Made by a program: the position numbers and the translations under genes
Notes under the pieces: generated by a model
Databases searched by the model: none
What the model saw: the letters and a program-made list of their open reading frames with translations, nothing else
What the model was told of the DNA's origin: nothing
DNA from: Chloroflexota bacterium
GTDB taxonomy: Bacteria > Chloroflexota > Limnocylindria > Limnocylindrales > CSP1-4
DNA length: 64,000 nt
NCBI GenBank assembly: GCA_034667005.1
Contig: JAXDKU010000003.1
Coordinates: 920 to 64,919 of the forward strand
Reading direction: 5' to 3'
Shown: positions 46,759 through 57,133 of the stretch, one piece after another
Numbering within the stretch: the first letter of the stretch is position 1
Layout of the letters: each line of letters opens with the position of its first letter

Positions 46759-48579
46759 TCACCGGACGGACTGTCCGGCCGTCGCGGGCGCGGCCTCGGT
46801 TGCCCACGCCGCCGCCGTCTCGGCCAGCGCGCTTCGCGTCGCCTCCAGGAAGCCATAGCCGAAGTGCGTGTCGGGCTCCAGGTTGGCGCCCTCGCCCCAC
46901 TCGTTCCACGCGTTGACGAAGATCAGCGACTCGGGCTCCGGGTTATGGCGCATCTCCTGGTCCAGGATCCCTCGGAGCCACTGGCCGTAGAGCTCCGGCG
47001 TCGCGCCGTGCCCGATGTGGGCTGCCGTTCCGAGGCGCGGCGTGTTGTCCCAGGCGAGCATGACGCCGCGGTGGGCCGGCTGGTCGTACCCGTGGCCGCG
47101 CGTCTCGAGGTTGGTCCTCACGGCGTGGCCGTAGTCGTAGATCAGCCCGCTGAAGTCGCGGTCCAGGCCCTTGACCTTTCGCGAGACGTCACGCACGGCG
47201 ATCTGGTGCGGAGGGAAGTCGATCGCGGCGTCGAAGCCCAGCTCCTGGACGTTCACGACGTCCCAGAAGCGGACGCCCGCCACGTGGATCTCGCCGATGC
47301 CCGCGGCGCGGCACTCCCGGCGCCACATCTCGATGGTCTCGGCGACATCCGGCAGGTGCCGGACGCGGTAGACGATCAGGACCGGGCGGCCGCCGTGACG
47401 CACGTAGCGCGGGTCCTCGAGGATGGGGATGACGTCGCGGATGAACCGCCGGTTCGACTCGACCGAGTACGACTGGCCGACGAGAACCTCCTGGTCGAGC
47501 CCGTCCCACCGCCGGGTCCAGTTCTCGTTGGCCCAGCAGATGCAGAACGGCAGGTCCGGCCGGCCCGACGCCAGCATCTCGTTGAGCGGCCGCTCCAGCA
47601 GGCGCCGGCCGTTGAACCAGTAGAAGTAGTAGCAGAACGCGTCGATCCCGTACCCGCGCGCCAGCGCGGCCTGGGCCTCGCGCGTCTCGGGCACGCGGAG
47701 GTCGTAGAAGCCGAGGTCTGTGGGCAGCCGCGGCTGCGGATGGCCGTCGTAGAGGGGCCGCGCCCGCGCCACGTGCGTCCACTCGGTGAAGCCCGCGCCC
47801 CACCAGCGGTCGTTCTCCGGGATGGGGTGGAACTGCGGCAGGTAGAACGCCACCAGCCTGACGCGCCGCCGCCCGATGGCCGTGCCGGGGTGGTCCACGG
47901 GAACGGACGGGTCGCGCGATGCCGACTGCGCAATCGAGATGGGGCTCGCCGATGCACCGCCTTCCGCCGCGACGTGGTCGGCCTCCGCACGGGCGTTGGG
48001 CCGCACGGATCCCGTGCCCTCCCGCGTCACGAAGTGGACGAGCGGGTTGACGCCCTCTTCCGCGGCGTCGGGATGGCGCGCGACGTACCAGGCCGAGTCG
48101 AAGTCCGGATGGGGGTCCAGGCCGAGGCCTGCGCCCGTCCGGAGGTAGTGCGACAGCGGGTTGACCCCGGGCTCCAGCGTGCCCGCATGGTGGAGGTAGT
48201 AGCCGGTGTCGAACCAGCGGTGCGGGGAGCGCTGCCGCCGGGCGCCGTTGCGGATGAAGTCGAGGAACGGGCCCGTGCCTCGCGCCGCGACTCCGGGGTA
48301 GCGGGCCGCGTAGTAGCGCGCATCGAAGAGAGGATTCGGCCGCCGGCCCTCGGCGGCACCGTGCCGCACATAGTGGGACAGCGGATCGACGCCGCTCGCC
48401 GCCACGTCGGGATAGGCGGAGCGGTAGAAGCCCTCGTCGAAGAGGCCGCTGCGCCGGATCTCTGCGAGGGCGCGTGCCTCCGCGATGCGGCCGGGAAGGT
48501 GCGTCGGGCTGGCGGCAGCCAGGTCCTTGAGCGTGCCGCGCGCCGCCCGCACCAGCCGTGTGCGCCGAGTCATTGGCAC
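46759..48579 (-). CDS. WbsX-like glycosyltransferase with N-terminal tandem-repeat domain
   Basis: Four copies of the same ~38-aa NPLxHY...EGR repeat (47998-48447). Then the Glyco_tran_WbsX hallmark AFYLPQFHPIPENDRWWGAGFTEW. Confidence 0.8.
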   Translation of the reverse strand: MPMTRRTRLVRAARGTLKDLAAASPTHLPGRIAEARALAEIRRSGLFDEGFYRSAYPDVAASGVDPLSHYVRHGAAEGRRPNPLFDARYYAARYPGVAARGTGPFLDFIRNGARRQRSPHRWFDTGYYLHHAGTLEPGVNPLSHYLRTGAGLGLDPHPDFDSAWYVARHPDAAEEGVNPLVHFVTREGTGSVRPNARAEADHVAAEGGASASPISIAQSASRDPSVPVDHPGTAIGRRRVRLVAFYLPQFHPIPENDRWWGAGFTEWTHVARARPLYDGHPQPRLPTDLGFYDLRVPETREAQAALARGYGIDAFCYYFYWFNGRRLLERPLNEMLASGRPDLPFCICWANENWTRRWDGLDQEVLVGQSYSVESNRRFIRDVIPILEDPRYVRHGGRPVLIVYRVRHLPDVAETIEMWRRECRAAGIGEIHVAGVRFWDVVNVQELGFDAAIDFPPHQIAVRDVSRKVKGLDRDFSGLIYDYGHAVRTNLETRGHGYDQPAHRGVMLAWDNTPRLGTAAHIGHGATPELYGQWLRGILDQEMRHNPEPESLIFVNAWNEWGEGANLEPDTHFGYGFLEATRSALAETAAAWATEAAPATAGQSVR

Positions 48580-48637
48580 CCCGTCACCGGCCGGCCACGT
48601 GCCGGTCGCCCTGCCACGAACCCGATCCCCGCACCCG

Positions 48638-49555
48638 TCATACGAGGTCCGAGAACGTGCGCTCGCGCTTGCGGAAGAACAGGTACCCGCTCACGAGCAG
48701 CAGGGCGGCCATGAACGGACCCAGGATCCAGGCCTCCGGTGGCGGGGGTGCCGCGCCTCCGACCGCCCAGCGGAATCCCTCGACGGAGAGCGCGATCGGG
48801 TTGAGGTGGTAGAGCGCGCGATACGGCTCGGGAACGATGGAGCTCGAGTAGATGACCGGAGACGCGAACATCCAGAGCTGTGCGAGGAACGGCAGCAGCT
48901 GGGCCACGTCCCGGTAGGCCACGTTGAGGGCGGACAGCCAGTACGCCACGCCAAGCCCGCTGGCCCAGGCCACGGCCACGAACAATGGAAGGAAGACGAC
49001 GGGCCACCCGGGAACGATGCCGAAGATCACCAGCAGGACCGCCAGCGCGCCGAAACCGAAGGCGAGATCCACCAGGCTCGCCAGCGCGACCGACGTCGGG
49101 AAGTAGACCCTCGGGAAGTAGACGCGGGTGACGAGCGCGGCGTTGGCGACGACGCTGGCGCTGCCCTCCGCCAGGATCTTGGAGACCATCTGCCACGGCA
49201 GGAGCCCGAGATAGAAGAAGACGGGATAGGGCAGGCCGCCGGAGGGAGTCCTCGCGAGGAGGCCGAAGAAGATCGTGAAGACGCCCATCAGCAGGATGGG
49301 CTGGAGCACCGCCCAGGCGCCGCCGACCAGGGTCTGCCGGTAGCGCACTTTGAGGTTCCGCCGGGCGAGCACGACGCAGATCGCGCGCAGCCGCCACAGC
49401 TCATCAAGGCCGAGGCCGGGCCAGGTCGTGGGCGGCACGATGGTGGTCACCGCGCCGCTCGTGCCCGCTGGGGCGGCGACGCGCGCGCGGCCCTCGATCG
49501 ACGCTGGCTCGTTCATCGGCGGTATTCCATCCGTGCTGATCCCAGCCGGCCGCAT
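48638..49555 (-). CDS. polysaccharide ABC transporter permease (Wzm, ABC-2 type)
   Basis: Six hydrophobic helices with the ABC-2 pattern. The N-terminal start is uncertain. Confidence 0.78.
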   Translation of the reverse strand: MRPAGISTDGIPPMNEPASIEGRARVAAPAGTSGAVTTIVPPTTWPGLGLDELWRLRAICVVLARRNLKVRYRQTLVGGAWAVLQPILLMGVFTIFFGLLARTPSGGLPYPVFFYLGLLPWQMVSKILAEGSASVVANAALVTRVYFPRVYFPTSVALASLVDLAFGFGALAVLLVIFGIVPGWPVVFLPLFVAVAWASGLGVAYWLSALNVAYRDVAQLLPFLAQLWMFASPVIYSSSIVPEPYRALYHLNPIALSVEGFRWAVGGAAPPPPEAWILGPFMAALLLVSGYLFFRKRERTFSDLV

Positions 49556-49649
49556 CTCCCGGGCGGCGGCTCCGTGACCGTGATCGGCGGATGGTACCGG
49601 GCCGTGCCGCGCGGCGACGAAGCGCGTCCTGGGCGCGTGCGCTGCTCCG

Positions 49650-50783
49650 TCAGCCGGCCAGCGATGTCAGCCAGGCCTCGTAGTCGGCGGCGATGCGCGC
49701 CCAGTCGAAGTGCTCGGCTGCGCGTTCGTGCGAGCGGCGCCGGAGCTCGGCCGCCATCTCCGGGTCGCCCAGCACGCGCTCGAGCGCGGCGGCAAGCTGC
49801 GCCGCGCCGCGGTAGTAGAGGCCGGCGTCGCCGAGCACCTCGCGGTGCTCCGGCACATCGTTGGCCACGATCGCGTTTCCGGAGCCCATCGCCTCCACGA
49901 GCGCGGGGTGCGTGCCGCCGACCTCGGTGGCCTGCACGAACGCCGCCGCCTGCGAGCGGAGCACCCGGTAGCCCTGGCCGTAGATGGCGCCCGTCAACCG
50001 GATTCGCGGATCGCCCGCGGCGGCCGCCTCGAGCCGCGCGATGTAGCGGTCCGCGTACGGGGCGTCGCCGACCACGAGCAGCGGCAGGTCCGTGGCCACG
50101 GTGCCGTACGCCTCGATAGCGACGTGCGCGTTGTTCTCCGGCTCCAGGCGGCTCACGTAGAGCACGTAGCCCCGCGGGGCCACGCCGAGTCGCGCGAGCG
50201 TGCCGTCGTCGGCGACGGGCTCCAGGTCCGCGCCGTACGGGAAGAACGACGTCTCCCGTCCGTGTGCCGAGCGGTAGTGCTCCTGAATGACGCGCGCATC
50301 GGTGACGATCTCGATTGGCAGCCGGGCTGCCAGCCATTCGCACGCCCGGTAGTAGCCGCGCCCGAGCGGCCCCCACTTCGCCCGTTTCCACTCCAGCCCG
50401 TCCACGTTCAGCGCGACGCGTTTCCCCGCGAGCCGGAGGAGGGCTGCGGCCGGCGCGTTGGCCGAGTTGCAGATGTAGACGACATCGTCGTCGCGGAGGG
50501 CGACGTGGGCCGCCGAGAAGAGCGTATGGACGACCGTCTCGAGGTACTTGGAGCGGGGCGCCGGGAGCCGGACGATGCGCATTCCACGGTGCTCGCGCAG
50601 GCCGCGCGGCACCCAGCGGTCCCTGCCGTAGACGGTGACGCGGTGGCCCCGGGCGGCGAGCCGCGCGCCGAGCTCCTCGGCGAACGTCTCGAAGCCTCCG
50701 TAGCTGGCTGGCACGCCGCGCGTCCCGAGGATCGCGATCCGCAGCCGCCGGGTCCGGGGCGCGCCCGTGGGTGCCCCTATCAT
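49650..50783 (-). CDS. GT4 glycosyltransferase with DUF1972-like N-terminal domain
   Basis: RIAILGTRGVPASYGGFETFAEEL N-terminus and a GT4 C-terminus (PALVEAMGSGNAIV). The ATG at 50783 is 28 bp from the divergent GT4 start. Confidence 0.78.
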   Translation of the reverse strand: MIGAPTGAPRTRRLRIAILGTRGVPASYGGFETFAEELGARLAARGHRVTVYGRDRWVPRGLREHRGMRIVRLPAPRSKYLETVVHTLFSAAHVALRDDDVVYICNSANAPAAALLRLAGKRVALNVDGLEWKRAKWGPLGRGYYRACEWLAARLPIEIVTDARVIQEHYRSAHGRETSFFPYGADLEPVADDGTLARLGVAPRGYVLYVSRLEPENNAHVAIEAYGTVATDLPLLVVGDAPYADRYIARLEAAAAGDPRIRLTGAIYGQGYRVLRSQAAAFVQATEVGGTHPALVEAMGSGNAIVANDVPEHREVLGDAGLYYRGAAQLAAALERVLGDPEMAAELRRRSHERAAEHFDWARIAADYEAWLTSLAG

Positions 50784-50811
50784 CGGCCGGATGGTAGAGG
50801 CTGGCCCGCCG

Positions 50812-51915
50812 ATGCGCGTCGGGTTCGACGCCCATGTCGTGGGCGGCCGGCAGACCGGCAACGAGCGCTACGCCGTGGAGCTTGCCCGGGCCCTTGCCGC
50901 GCGATCCGACGTGAACCTGCTCGCGTACGTCGAGCGCGGCGCGGCCTGGCCGGCCGGGGCCGTGCCCCAGCCGCGTCTGCGCCGGCTGCGCTCCCCGTCA
51001 CGCTGGCTGCGGATCGCGGCCGAGCTGCCCTACCTCGCGCGCCACGACCGCCTGGACGTGCTCCACGTGCAGTACGTGCCGCCCCCGATCGGGACGGTGC
51101 CGGCCGCCACGCTGATCGCGGACCTCTCGTTCGAGGATCGCCCGGACCTGGTTCCGGCCGGCCTCCGAGCGCGGCTGCGGCTGACGACCCGCCTCGCCCT
51201 GTCTCGTTCGGCGGCGGTCCTCGTCCCCTCGGCATTCACGCGAGACCGGCTGCTGGCGCACCACGGGGCGGATCCCGCGCGGATCCACGTCACACCGGAG
51301 GGCGTGTCGCCGTCATGGTCGGAAGCGCCCGGGGAGGAGGCGCTGCGGGATCTGAGCCGCCTGGAGCTGCCGGAGCCGTACGTGCTCGCCGTCGGCGCGC
51401 TGCACCCACGCAAGAACCTGCCCCGGCTCATCGGGGCGGTGGCGCTGGCCCGCGCACGGGGCGCCGGGGACCTGGCGCTGGTCCTGGCCGGTCCCGACGG
51501 GCCCGCCTCGGCGGCCGTCGAACGGGCCGTTGCAGACGTCCGCGGCGAGGCATGGGTGCGGAGGCTGGGCTATGTCCCGGATGCGGTCCTGGCCGCGGCG
51601 TACGCACGAGCCCACGTCGTTGCCTACCCGTCGCTGTACGAAGGCTTCGGGCTGCCCGTCCTGGAAGCGCTGGCCGGCGGCGCGGTCGTCGTCGCGAGCG
51701 GCACGACCGCGCTCCCCGAGGTGGCCGGCGACGCGTGCCTGCTCGCCGATCCGGACGACACCGCTGCGCTGGCCGACGCGATCGCCACCGCCTCGACGGA
51801 CGACGCGGTCCGGGCGAGGCTCCGGGCGGCCGGGCCGGCGCAGGCCGCGCGGTTCACCTGGGACCGCTGTGCCGAGGCCACGGTCGCGGCCTACCGGGCC
51901 ACACGCTCTCGCTGA
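50812..51915 (+). CDS. GT4 glycosyltransferase
   Basis: MRVGFDAH...NERY N-terminus. PSLYEGFGLPVLEALAGG is the GT4 E-x7-E motif. Confidence 0.8.
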   Translation: MRVGFDAHVVGGRQTGNERYAVELARALAARSDVNLLAYVERGAAWPAGAVPQPRLRRLRSPSRWLRIAAELPYLARHDRLDVLHVQYVPPPIGTVPAATLIADLSFEDRPDLVPAGLRARLRLTTRLALSRSAAVLVPSAFTRDRLLAHHGADPARIHVTPEGVSPSWSEAPGEEALRDLSRLELPEPYVLAVGALHPRKNLPRLIGAVALARARGAGDLALVLAGPDGPASAAVERAVADVRGEAWVRRLGYVPDAVLAAAYARAHVVAYPSLYEGFGLPVLEALAGGAVVVASGTTALPEVAGDACLLADPDDTAALADAIATASTDDAVRARLRAAGPAQAARFTWDRCAEATVAAYRATRSR

Positions 51916-51934
51916 GCGCGCAGCTCCGGGCGAT

Positions 51935-53017
51935 TCATCCTCGGATCGCCCGGCCGATCTCCACCCACGTCTGCCGGGCCGACGCGGCCCAGGTGTAGCC
52001 CGAGGCCACGGTGCGGCCGCGCTCGCGCAGGTCGGCCCGGAGCGCCTCGTCCCCCGCCAACCGAGTGACGACCAGCGCCAGGGCCTCTGGATCGTTCGGA
52101 TCGAAGATCAACGCCGCCCCGGCCGTCACCTCCGGCAGGGAGCCCGCGTCGGCGACCGCGGTCGGGATGCCGTGGGCCATCGCCTCGACCGGGGGCAGGC
52201 CGAACCCCTCGGCCAGCGACGGAAACAGGAACATCCGCGCTCCCGCGTAGAGCGCGCCGAGCCGCGCCTCCGGCACCGCGCCCGTGAAGACGATGCGATC
52301 CGGGCGCCGGAGGGCCCCCGCGCGTTCCCGCAGTTGCGGCTCGTCACGCCCCGCGGGTCCGCAGACGACGAGCGTCAGGTCGTCGGGCACGCCGCTCCGC
52401 CAGGCGTCGAGGAGCAGCCCGACGTTCTTGTGTGGCTCCGTCTGCCCAACGTAGAGCGCGTAGGGCGTCGGGACCCCGTGCCGGGCGGAGGTCCGGATCC
52501 GGGCGTGGTCCACGCCCTCCGGCGCGGTCGTGACGCGCGAAGGCTCGACGCCGAAGCGTTCGATGACCTGTCGCCGGACGAACTCCGACGGTACGACCAG
52601 ACCGTCGGCGCGTGCCGTCGCGAGATGCAGCTGTGCCGTTGCCCACCGGACATACGCCGGGTCGTAGGCCCACGGGTGCGTGAGGACGTTCACGTCGTGG
52701 ATGGCCGCCACGATCGGCCGGGGCAGGCGGAACGGGATCTGCGGCCCGGGCGAGAACCAGGCACCCAGCTGGTGTCGCAGCGTGCCCCAGGACGCTCCCA
52801 GCGAAAGCCAGCCGATCTCGGCGGCCAGGTTGATCGCTCGCCTGGCGGGCGTGGGAATGGCCTGCGACGCGGAGTCGAGCTTCGGCCAGCCGGCCAGCGC
52901 CACCAGCGAGCGCCCCTCGGGCACGCTCGCCGCCATGGCGCGATGCAGCTCCCGCGCGTACCGGCGCGTGCCGCCGCGCGGGTAGCGGAGGATCCGGAGG
53001 TCGTAGCCGACGTTCAC
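51935..53017 (-). CDS. GT4 glycosyltransferase
   Basis: FPSLAEGFGLPPVEAMAHG motif. The GTG at 53017 overlaps the upstream stop (GTGA). Confidence 0.78.
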   Translation of the reverse strand: MNVGYDLRILRYPRGGTRRYARELHRAMAASVPEGRSLVALAGWPKLDSASQAIPTPARRAINLAAEIGWLSLGASWGTLRHQLGAWFSPGPQIPFRLPRPIVAAIHDVNVLTHPWAYDPAYVRWATAQLHLATARADGLVVPSEFVRRQVIERFGVEPSRVTTAPEGVDHARIRTSARHGVPTPYALYVGQTEPHKNVGLLLDAWRSGVPDDLTLVVCGPAGRDEPQLRERAGALRRPDRIVFTGAVPEARLGALYAGARMFLFPSLAEGFGLPPVEAMAHGIPTAVADAGSLPEVTAGAALIFDPNDPEALALVVTRLAGDEALRADLRERGRTVASGYTWAASARQTWVEIGRAIRG

Positions 53018-54240
53018 GGCGCGCCCTGGCTTCCGGCGGCGTCCGGCCCGTCGAGGCCGTCGAGGCCGTCGAGGCCGGCGAGGTCGGCGAGGCCGGCGAG
53101 GCGGGCCGCCGCTTCCACGGCCGACACGAACGCCGACGCGGATGCCTCGGCCGAGAAGCGAGACGCGAGCGCCAGCCGCTCGGCATGCGGAGGCGCCTCG
53201 TCGAGCGCCCGCTCGACGGCGTCGGCGATCGCGTTCGGCTCCGGCCCCGTGGCGAAGACGGCCGCTCCCCGGAGGCTTGCCGCGTACACGGGGAGCGGCA
53301 CGGCCGCGACGCGGCCGCCGGCCAGGATCGCCTCGAGTGGTGGTAGGCCGAGCCCTTCGCGCGCTGAGACGGCCAGCGTCACGCTCGACGCGTAGAGGCG
53401 GCCCAGGGTCGCGTCGTCCACGTAGCCGAGGACCTCGACCAGCGACCCGATGCCGAGGCCCGCGGCGCGCTCCCGGAGGCGCTGCATCTCCCCGGGCAGC
53501 GGCATCCCGACGATCCTCAGCGGCAGCGGCCGCCCACGATACCGGAGGATCCCGCAGACCTCGACCGCGAGGTCGAAGCGCTTGCGCGGCTCGGCGACGC
53601 CCACGACGAGGAGGCCCTCGATCGCAGCGCCGTCTGCTGGGGCCGGCGAACCCGGCGACCCCGGCCACCCCGGCGATGTCGTCGTTCCCGGGGTCACGAT
53701 CCACGGCGGAACGACCCGGATCCGTGCCGCGGGAATGCCAAGCCGCCGCCGCAGCTCCGCCGCCGTCTCGTCCGAGTTCGCGATCACCATCCGGGCCCTG
53801 CGCAGGCGCCGCAGGTAGAGGCGGTACGCGATCCGCCGGTCGGGACGCCTTGCCAGCCTGTCGAGCGGGATGAGGTCGTGCGCGGCCACGATCGAGCGAG
53901 CCGCGGGGAGCGGGCCGAGCGGCCGGTTGACGTCCGTCTGGAACCAGAGGTCGGCCGCGCCGCGCACCGCCATCCGGTCGCCAAGGGCCGCAAGCAGCCA
54001 GTCCGTCTCCAGGTGCGGGATCGCGGGCGGTTGCGTGCGCCACGTGGCGACCATCCCCGGCGGCAGTCCCACGTCACCGTCGCCGCCCGTGAGGATCCGC
54101 AGGTGGCTGGCCGCCCACTCGGGCCGTGCCTCCGCCAGCGCCCGCAGCAGTGACCCCGTGTAGCGGCCGATCCCGCGTACGCCGTGCCCGAACGGCCCGG
54201 TCGACGGATCGATCGGCCGGGCATCGAAGCCAACCCTCAC
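53014..54240 (-). CDS. GT4 glycosyltransferase with a C-terminal G-L-A/D repeat tail
   Basis: MRVGFDAR N-terminus and an SAREGLGLPPLEAILAGG motif. The C-terminus is encoded by tandem 9-bp repeats at 53050-53103. Confidence 0.78.
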   Translation of the reverse strand: MRVGFDARPIDPSTGPFGHGVRGIGRYTGSLLRALAEARPEWAASHLRILTGGDGDVGLPPGMVATWRTQPPAIPHLETDWLLAALGDRMAVRGAADLWFQTDVNRPLGPLPAARSIVAAHDLIPLDRLARRPDRRIAYRLYLRRLRRARMVIANSDETAAELRRRLGIPAARIRVVPPWIVTPGTTTSPGWPGSPGSPAPADGAAIEGLLVVGVAEPRKRFDLAVEVCGILRYRGRPLPLRIVGMPLPGEMQRLRERAAGLGIGSLVEVLGYVDDATLGRLYASSVTLAVSAREGLGLPPLEAILAGGRVAAVPLPVYAASLRGAAVFATGPEPNAIADAVERALDEAPPHAERLALASRFSAEASASAFVSAVEAAARLAGLADLAGLDGLDGLDGPDAAGSQGAP

Positions 54241-54338
54241 GCCGGGGCTGCGGCGGCCGGCCGAAACGGACGAGTCGGGGTGATCGCGCTCACGGCGGGC
54301 CAGCGTACCAGCCGTCCACCGGCCCCTATGATCCCGGC

Positions 54339-55931
54339 GTGGACGTCGTGCGCCGGGGCCGAAACGCCGTCCTCCAGCTGATCGTCCGGACCTTCCTGAT
54401 GCGCGGCATCAGCGTGCTGGGGACGATCGTGCTCGCCCGTCTGCTCATGCCGGCGGACTTCGGTGTCTTCGCGGTCCTCGTGCTGTGGATCGCCGTGCTC
54501 ACCCAGCTCGGCGAGTTCGGGCTGGGGGCCAGCCTGGTCCAGCAGGCGCACGACCCAACGCCCGACGAGCTGTCCACGGTGTGGGTCACCCAGCAGCTGA
54601 TCTGGATTCCGGTGGTCGCCGTCGTGTGGCTCCTGGCGCCGCTGGTGACCCAGGCCTTCCCGGGCCTGGGCAGCGATTTCGAATGGCAGCTGCGAGCGAT
54701 CTCGCTGACCCTCGTGCTGTCCGGCTTTCGGGCCGTCCCAAGCGCGATGCTCTCCCGAGAGCTCCGCTTCGGTGCCCTGTCGGCCGCCGAGGTCAGCCAG
54801 CACCTGGCCTTCTACAGCGTGGCGGTGGTCCTTGCGATCTCGGGCTTTGGCTCGTGGAGCTTCGTGGTCGCCGTCCTCGCCCAATGGCTGCTTGGCACGA
54901 TCCTGGTCAATCTCGCGTGGCGGCGCTTTCCCGGCTTCCGGTTCCGCCCGCAGATCGCAAGGCGCCAGCTGCGATTTGGGGCCACGTACCAGGCCTCGAC
55001 CCTGATCGGCGTCTCCAGCACCGCGGTCATCTCGGTGTTCGGCGGGCTCGCCGGCGGCGTGGCCGCGATCGGGCAGCTCCAGTTCGCCAGTCGCGTCGGC
55101 CAGCTCGCCGCCTTCTTCGACGAGATCATCGGGCGAGTGACGTTCCCCGCGTTCAGCCGGCTCCAGCACGATCCGGAGCGGCTCGGCCGCGTCGTGCGCG
55201 ACTCCATCCTCGTAGCGATGCTCGGCGTCGCGGCCACGCAGGGCTGGGTCATCGCCGTGGCCAACTCGCTCGTGCCGCAGGTCTTCGGGCAGCAGTGGAC
55301 GCCGGCCATCGGCGCGCTCCAGCTGCTCTGCCTCGGCACGATGGCGATGATCCCGCTGCGCTTCCTGCGCTCGCTCCTCCTGGGTCTCGGGCGCGGCAGG
55401 GAGGCGCTGCTCCTGATCGCGGCGACCGTCGCCGTCCTCTTCATCGCCTTTCCGTTCTGCGTCCTGGCGTTCGGCATCCCGGGGGGCGGCCTGGCGTTCG
55501 TGCTGGCGTCGACGAGCGGCCTCACGCTCCATGCGCGTGCGGTCCGACGGGACGTGCCGCCGCTCTGGGGCGCGCTGGTGAGGATTCTTCTGCTCGTGCT
55601 CCCGCCGGCGCTGGCTGCGTGGCTCGTGTCGGAGTGGCTGCCCGGCTTCCTCGGGCTGGTGGTGTCGGGCCTGCTGTTCCTGGCCATCGACGCCGCGCTG
55701 CTGTTCACCTTCGCGCGAGCGGACCTCGAGCGTGCCTGGCGGCTCGTGGCGGGCTCCCGAGGCTCTGGGCCGCCCGCCGCGTCGGACGAGGACGCTGCCG
55801 CCGAGGCTGCGGCCGTGCCGTTCCCCGGTCACGAGCTCGCCGCGTCGCAGTGGCCCGACGAGGTTCCGCCCGCGCCGGACGCACTGCCGCGCCAGCCGAG
55901 CCAGGAGCGGGCGGCGACAAGCGGCACTTGA
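54339..55931 (+). CDS. Wzx-like polysaccharide flippase (MOP superfamily)
   Basis: 12-14 hydrophobic helices with the polysaccharide biosynthesis protein pattern. A GTG start at 54339 is proposed (uncertain). Hydrophilic C-terminal tail. Confidence 0.68.
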   Translation: MDVVRRGRNAVLQLIVRTFLMRGISVLGTIVLARLLMPADFGVFAVLVLWIAVLTQLGEFGLGASLVQQAHDPTPDELSTVWVTQQLIWIPVVAVVWLLAPLVTQAFPGLGSDFEWQLRAISLTLVLSGFRAVPSAMLSRELRFGALSAAEVSQHLAFYSVAVVLAISGFGSWSFVVAVLAQWLLGTILVNLAWRRFPGFRFRPQIARRQLRFGATYQASTLIGVSSTAVISVFGGLAGGVAAIGQLQFASRVGQLAAFFDEIIGRVTFPAFSRLQHDPERLGRVVRDSILVAMLGVAATQGWVIAVANSLVPQVFGQQWTPAIGALQLLCLGTMAMIPLRFLRSLLLGLGRGREALLLIAATVAVLFIAFPFCVLAFGIPGGGLAFVLASTSGLTLHARAVRRDVPPLWGALVRILLLVLPPALAAWLVSEWLPGFLGLVVSGLLFLAIDAALLFTFARADLERAWRLVAGSRGSGPPAASDEDAAAEAAAVPFPGHELAASQWPDEVPPAPDALPRQPSQERAATSGT

Positions 55932-55981
55932 CCCCATGCAGTACCGTGCGGTGCGCTCACTGGAAGGGGAGGGACTGGATC

Positions 55982-57040
55982 GTGTCACCGAAGCTCGCAC
56001 GGCGCGTCGCCGCCGGAACCGTCATCACGCTCGCCGCCATCCTGGCCACACCGCTGACCTCGATCGGTGCCGGGGTGGCCCTGTCCCGCCTCGCATCCGG
56101 GTCGCTCGCCGCGCTCGCGGGCGCCGTGGATCCGGCCGGTTCCATCAACTACGGGAGCGACGGCCGCTTCACGATCCTGTTGATCGGGTCGGACTACCGC
56201 AAGACCCTGTACGGAGAGCGCACCGACGTGATGATGGTGATGACCATCGACTCGTCCACCAAGCGCGTCTCGGCGGCCAGCATTCCGCGTGACACCGTCT
56301 ACTTTCCGCGGGCCGCGTCGAATGGCGGCGGCACCAGCGGAACGAACCGCGTGAACGCCATGTACTCGGTCTACTACCGCCACAACTACGCGCACGCCAA
56401 GGTGGACGTGCCGGCCCTGGTCCGTTTCAAGAAGGATGTGGGCCGCGCTCTCGACACGGAGATCGACTACGTCGCGATGGTCCGCTTCAAGGGCTTCGTG
56501 GACATCGTCAACCGCATCGGCGGGATCAACGTCCAGATCGCAGCCGCCATCCGGGACGACTTCTACCGGACGCGCACCTCCCAGCACCGGAAGGGCGTCT
56601 TCTTCCCGGTCTCCGGCTCATGGGCGCTCCAGGGCAACCCCGTCTGCAAGCCCTACCCGAAGAAGTGCCACAGCGCGCTGGCCTATGCGCGTTCGCGCCA
56701 TGGCACCGTGGGGAACAAGTACAACAACGACTTCCGGCGGTCGCTCCGCCAGCAGTCCCTCGCGGTCGCCGGCGCCGGCAAGATCGTGTCCAGAGGCCAG
56801 GGCCAGCTTTCCGACCTGGTCAGCGCGGCGCAGGGCCGCGTCTACACGGACCTGCCGCGCACGCTCGGCGCCGCGACGCAGCTCTACAACCTGGTCAACG
56901 GTGCGCACCTCGCGTCGAACGACCAGGTGGTCTTCGCGCCGAGCAAGTGGGCCTACACCGACAACCAGACGCCGCTCTACACCTTCAAGCTCGACCTCCC
57001 GAAGGTGCGCAACTGGATCAACCACCACTTCGGGTCGTGA
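55982..57040 (+). CDS. LCP-family (LytR-CpsA-Psr) glycopolymer phosphotransferase
   Basis: N-terminal signal-anchor, FTILLIGSD, RTDVMMVMTID and ASIPRDT motifs. GGAGGG RBS before the GTG at 55982. Confidence 0.85.
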   Translation: MSPKLARRVAAGTVITLAAILATPLTSIGAGVALSRLASGSLAALAGAVDPAGSINYGSDGRFTILLIGSDYRKTLYGERTDVMMVMTIDSSTKRVSAASIPRDTVYFPRAASNGGGTSGTNRVNAMYSVYYRHNYAHAKVDVPALVRFKKDVGRALDTEIDYVAMVRFKGFVDIVNRIGGINVQIAAAIRDDFYRTRTSQHRKGVFFPVSGSWALQGNPVCKPYPKKCHSALAYARSRHGTVGNKYNNDFRRSLRQQSLAVAGAGKIVSRGQGQLSDLVSAAQGRVYTDLPRTLGAATQLYNLVNGAHLASNDQVVFAPSKWAYTDNQTPLYTFKLDLPKVRNWINHHFGS

Positions 57041-57133
57041 GCGACGCGCCGACGACTGCGTAACGAGGACGGAGGCGCGCGGCGGCTGGCGGCCGCCAGC
57101 CGTCGGTACCTGTCGCCGACACGAGTCGGCCTA

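Noticed and set aside
46864-48714. 616-aa plus ORF antisense to the WbsX-like gene
   Set aside because: The sense strand has the WbsX hallmark and conserved repeats. The antisense product is V/R/D-rich without motifs.
48485-51998. Overlapping 544-aa and 762-aa plus ORFs across the Wzm, GT4 and GT4 region
   Set aside because: R/G/P-rich shadow frames. Real genes on both strands are supported by GT4 and ABC-2 motifs.
54237-56000. 587-aa minus ORF antisense to the Wzx flippase
   Set aside because: The sense strand encodes a 12+ TM protein with the expected hydrophobicity pattern. The antisense product is charged low complexity.
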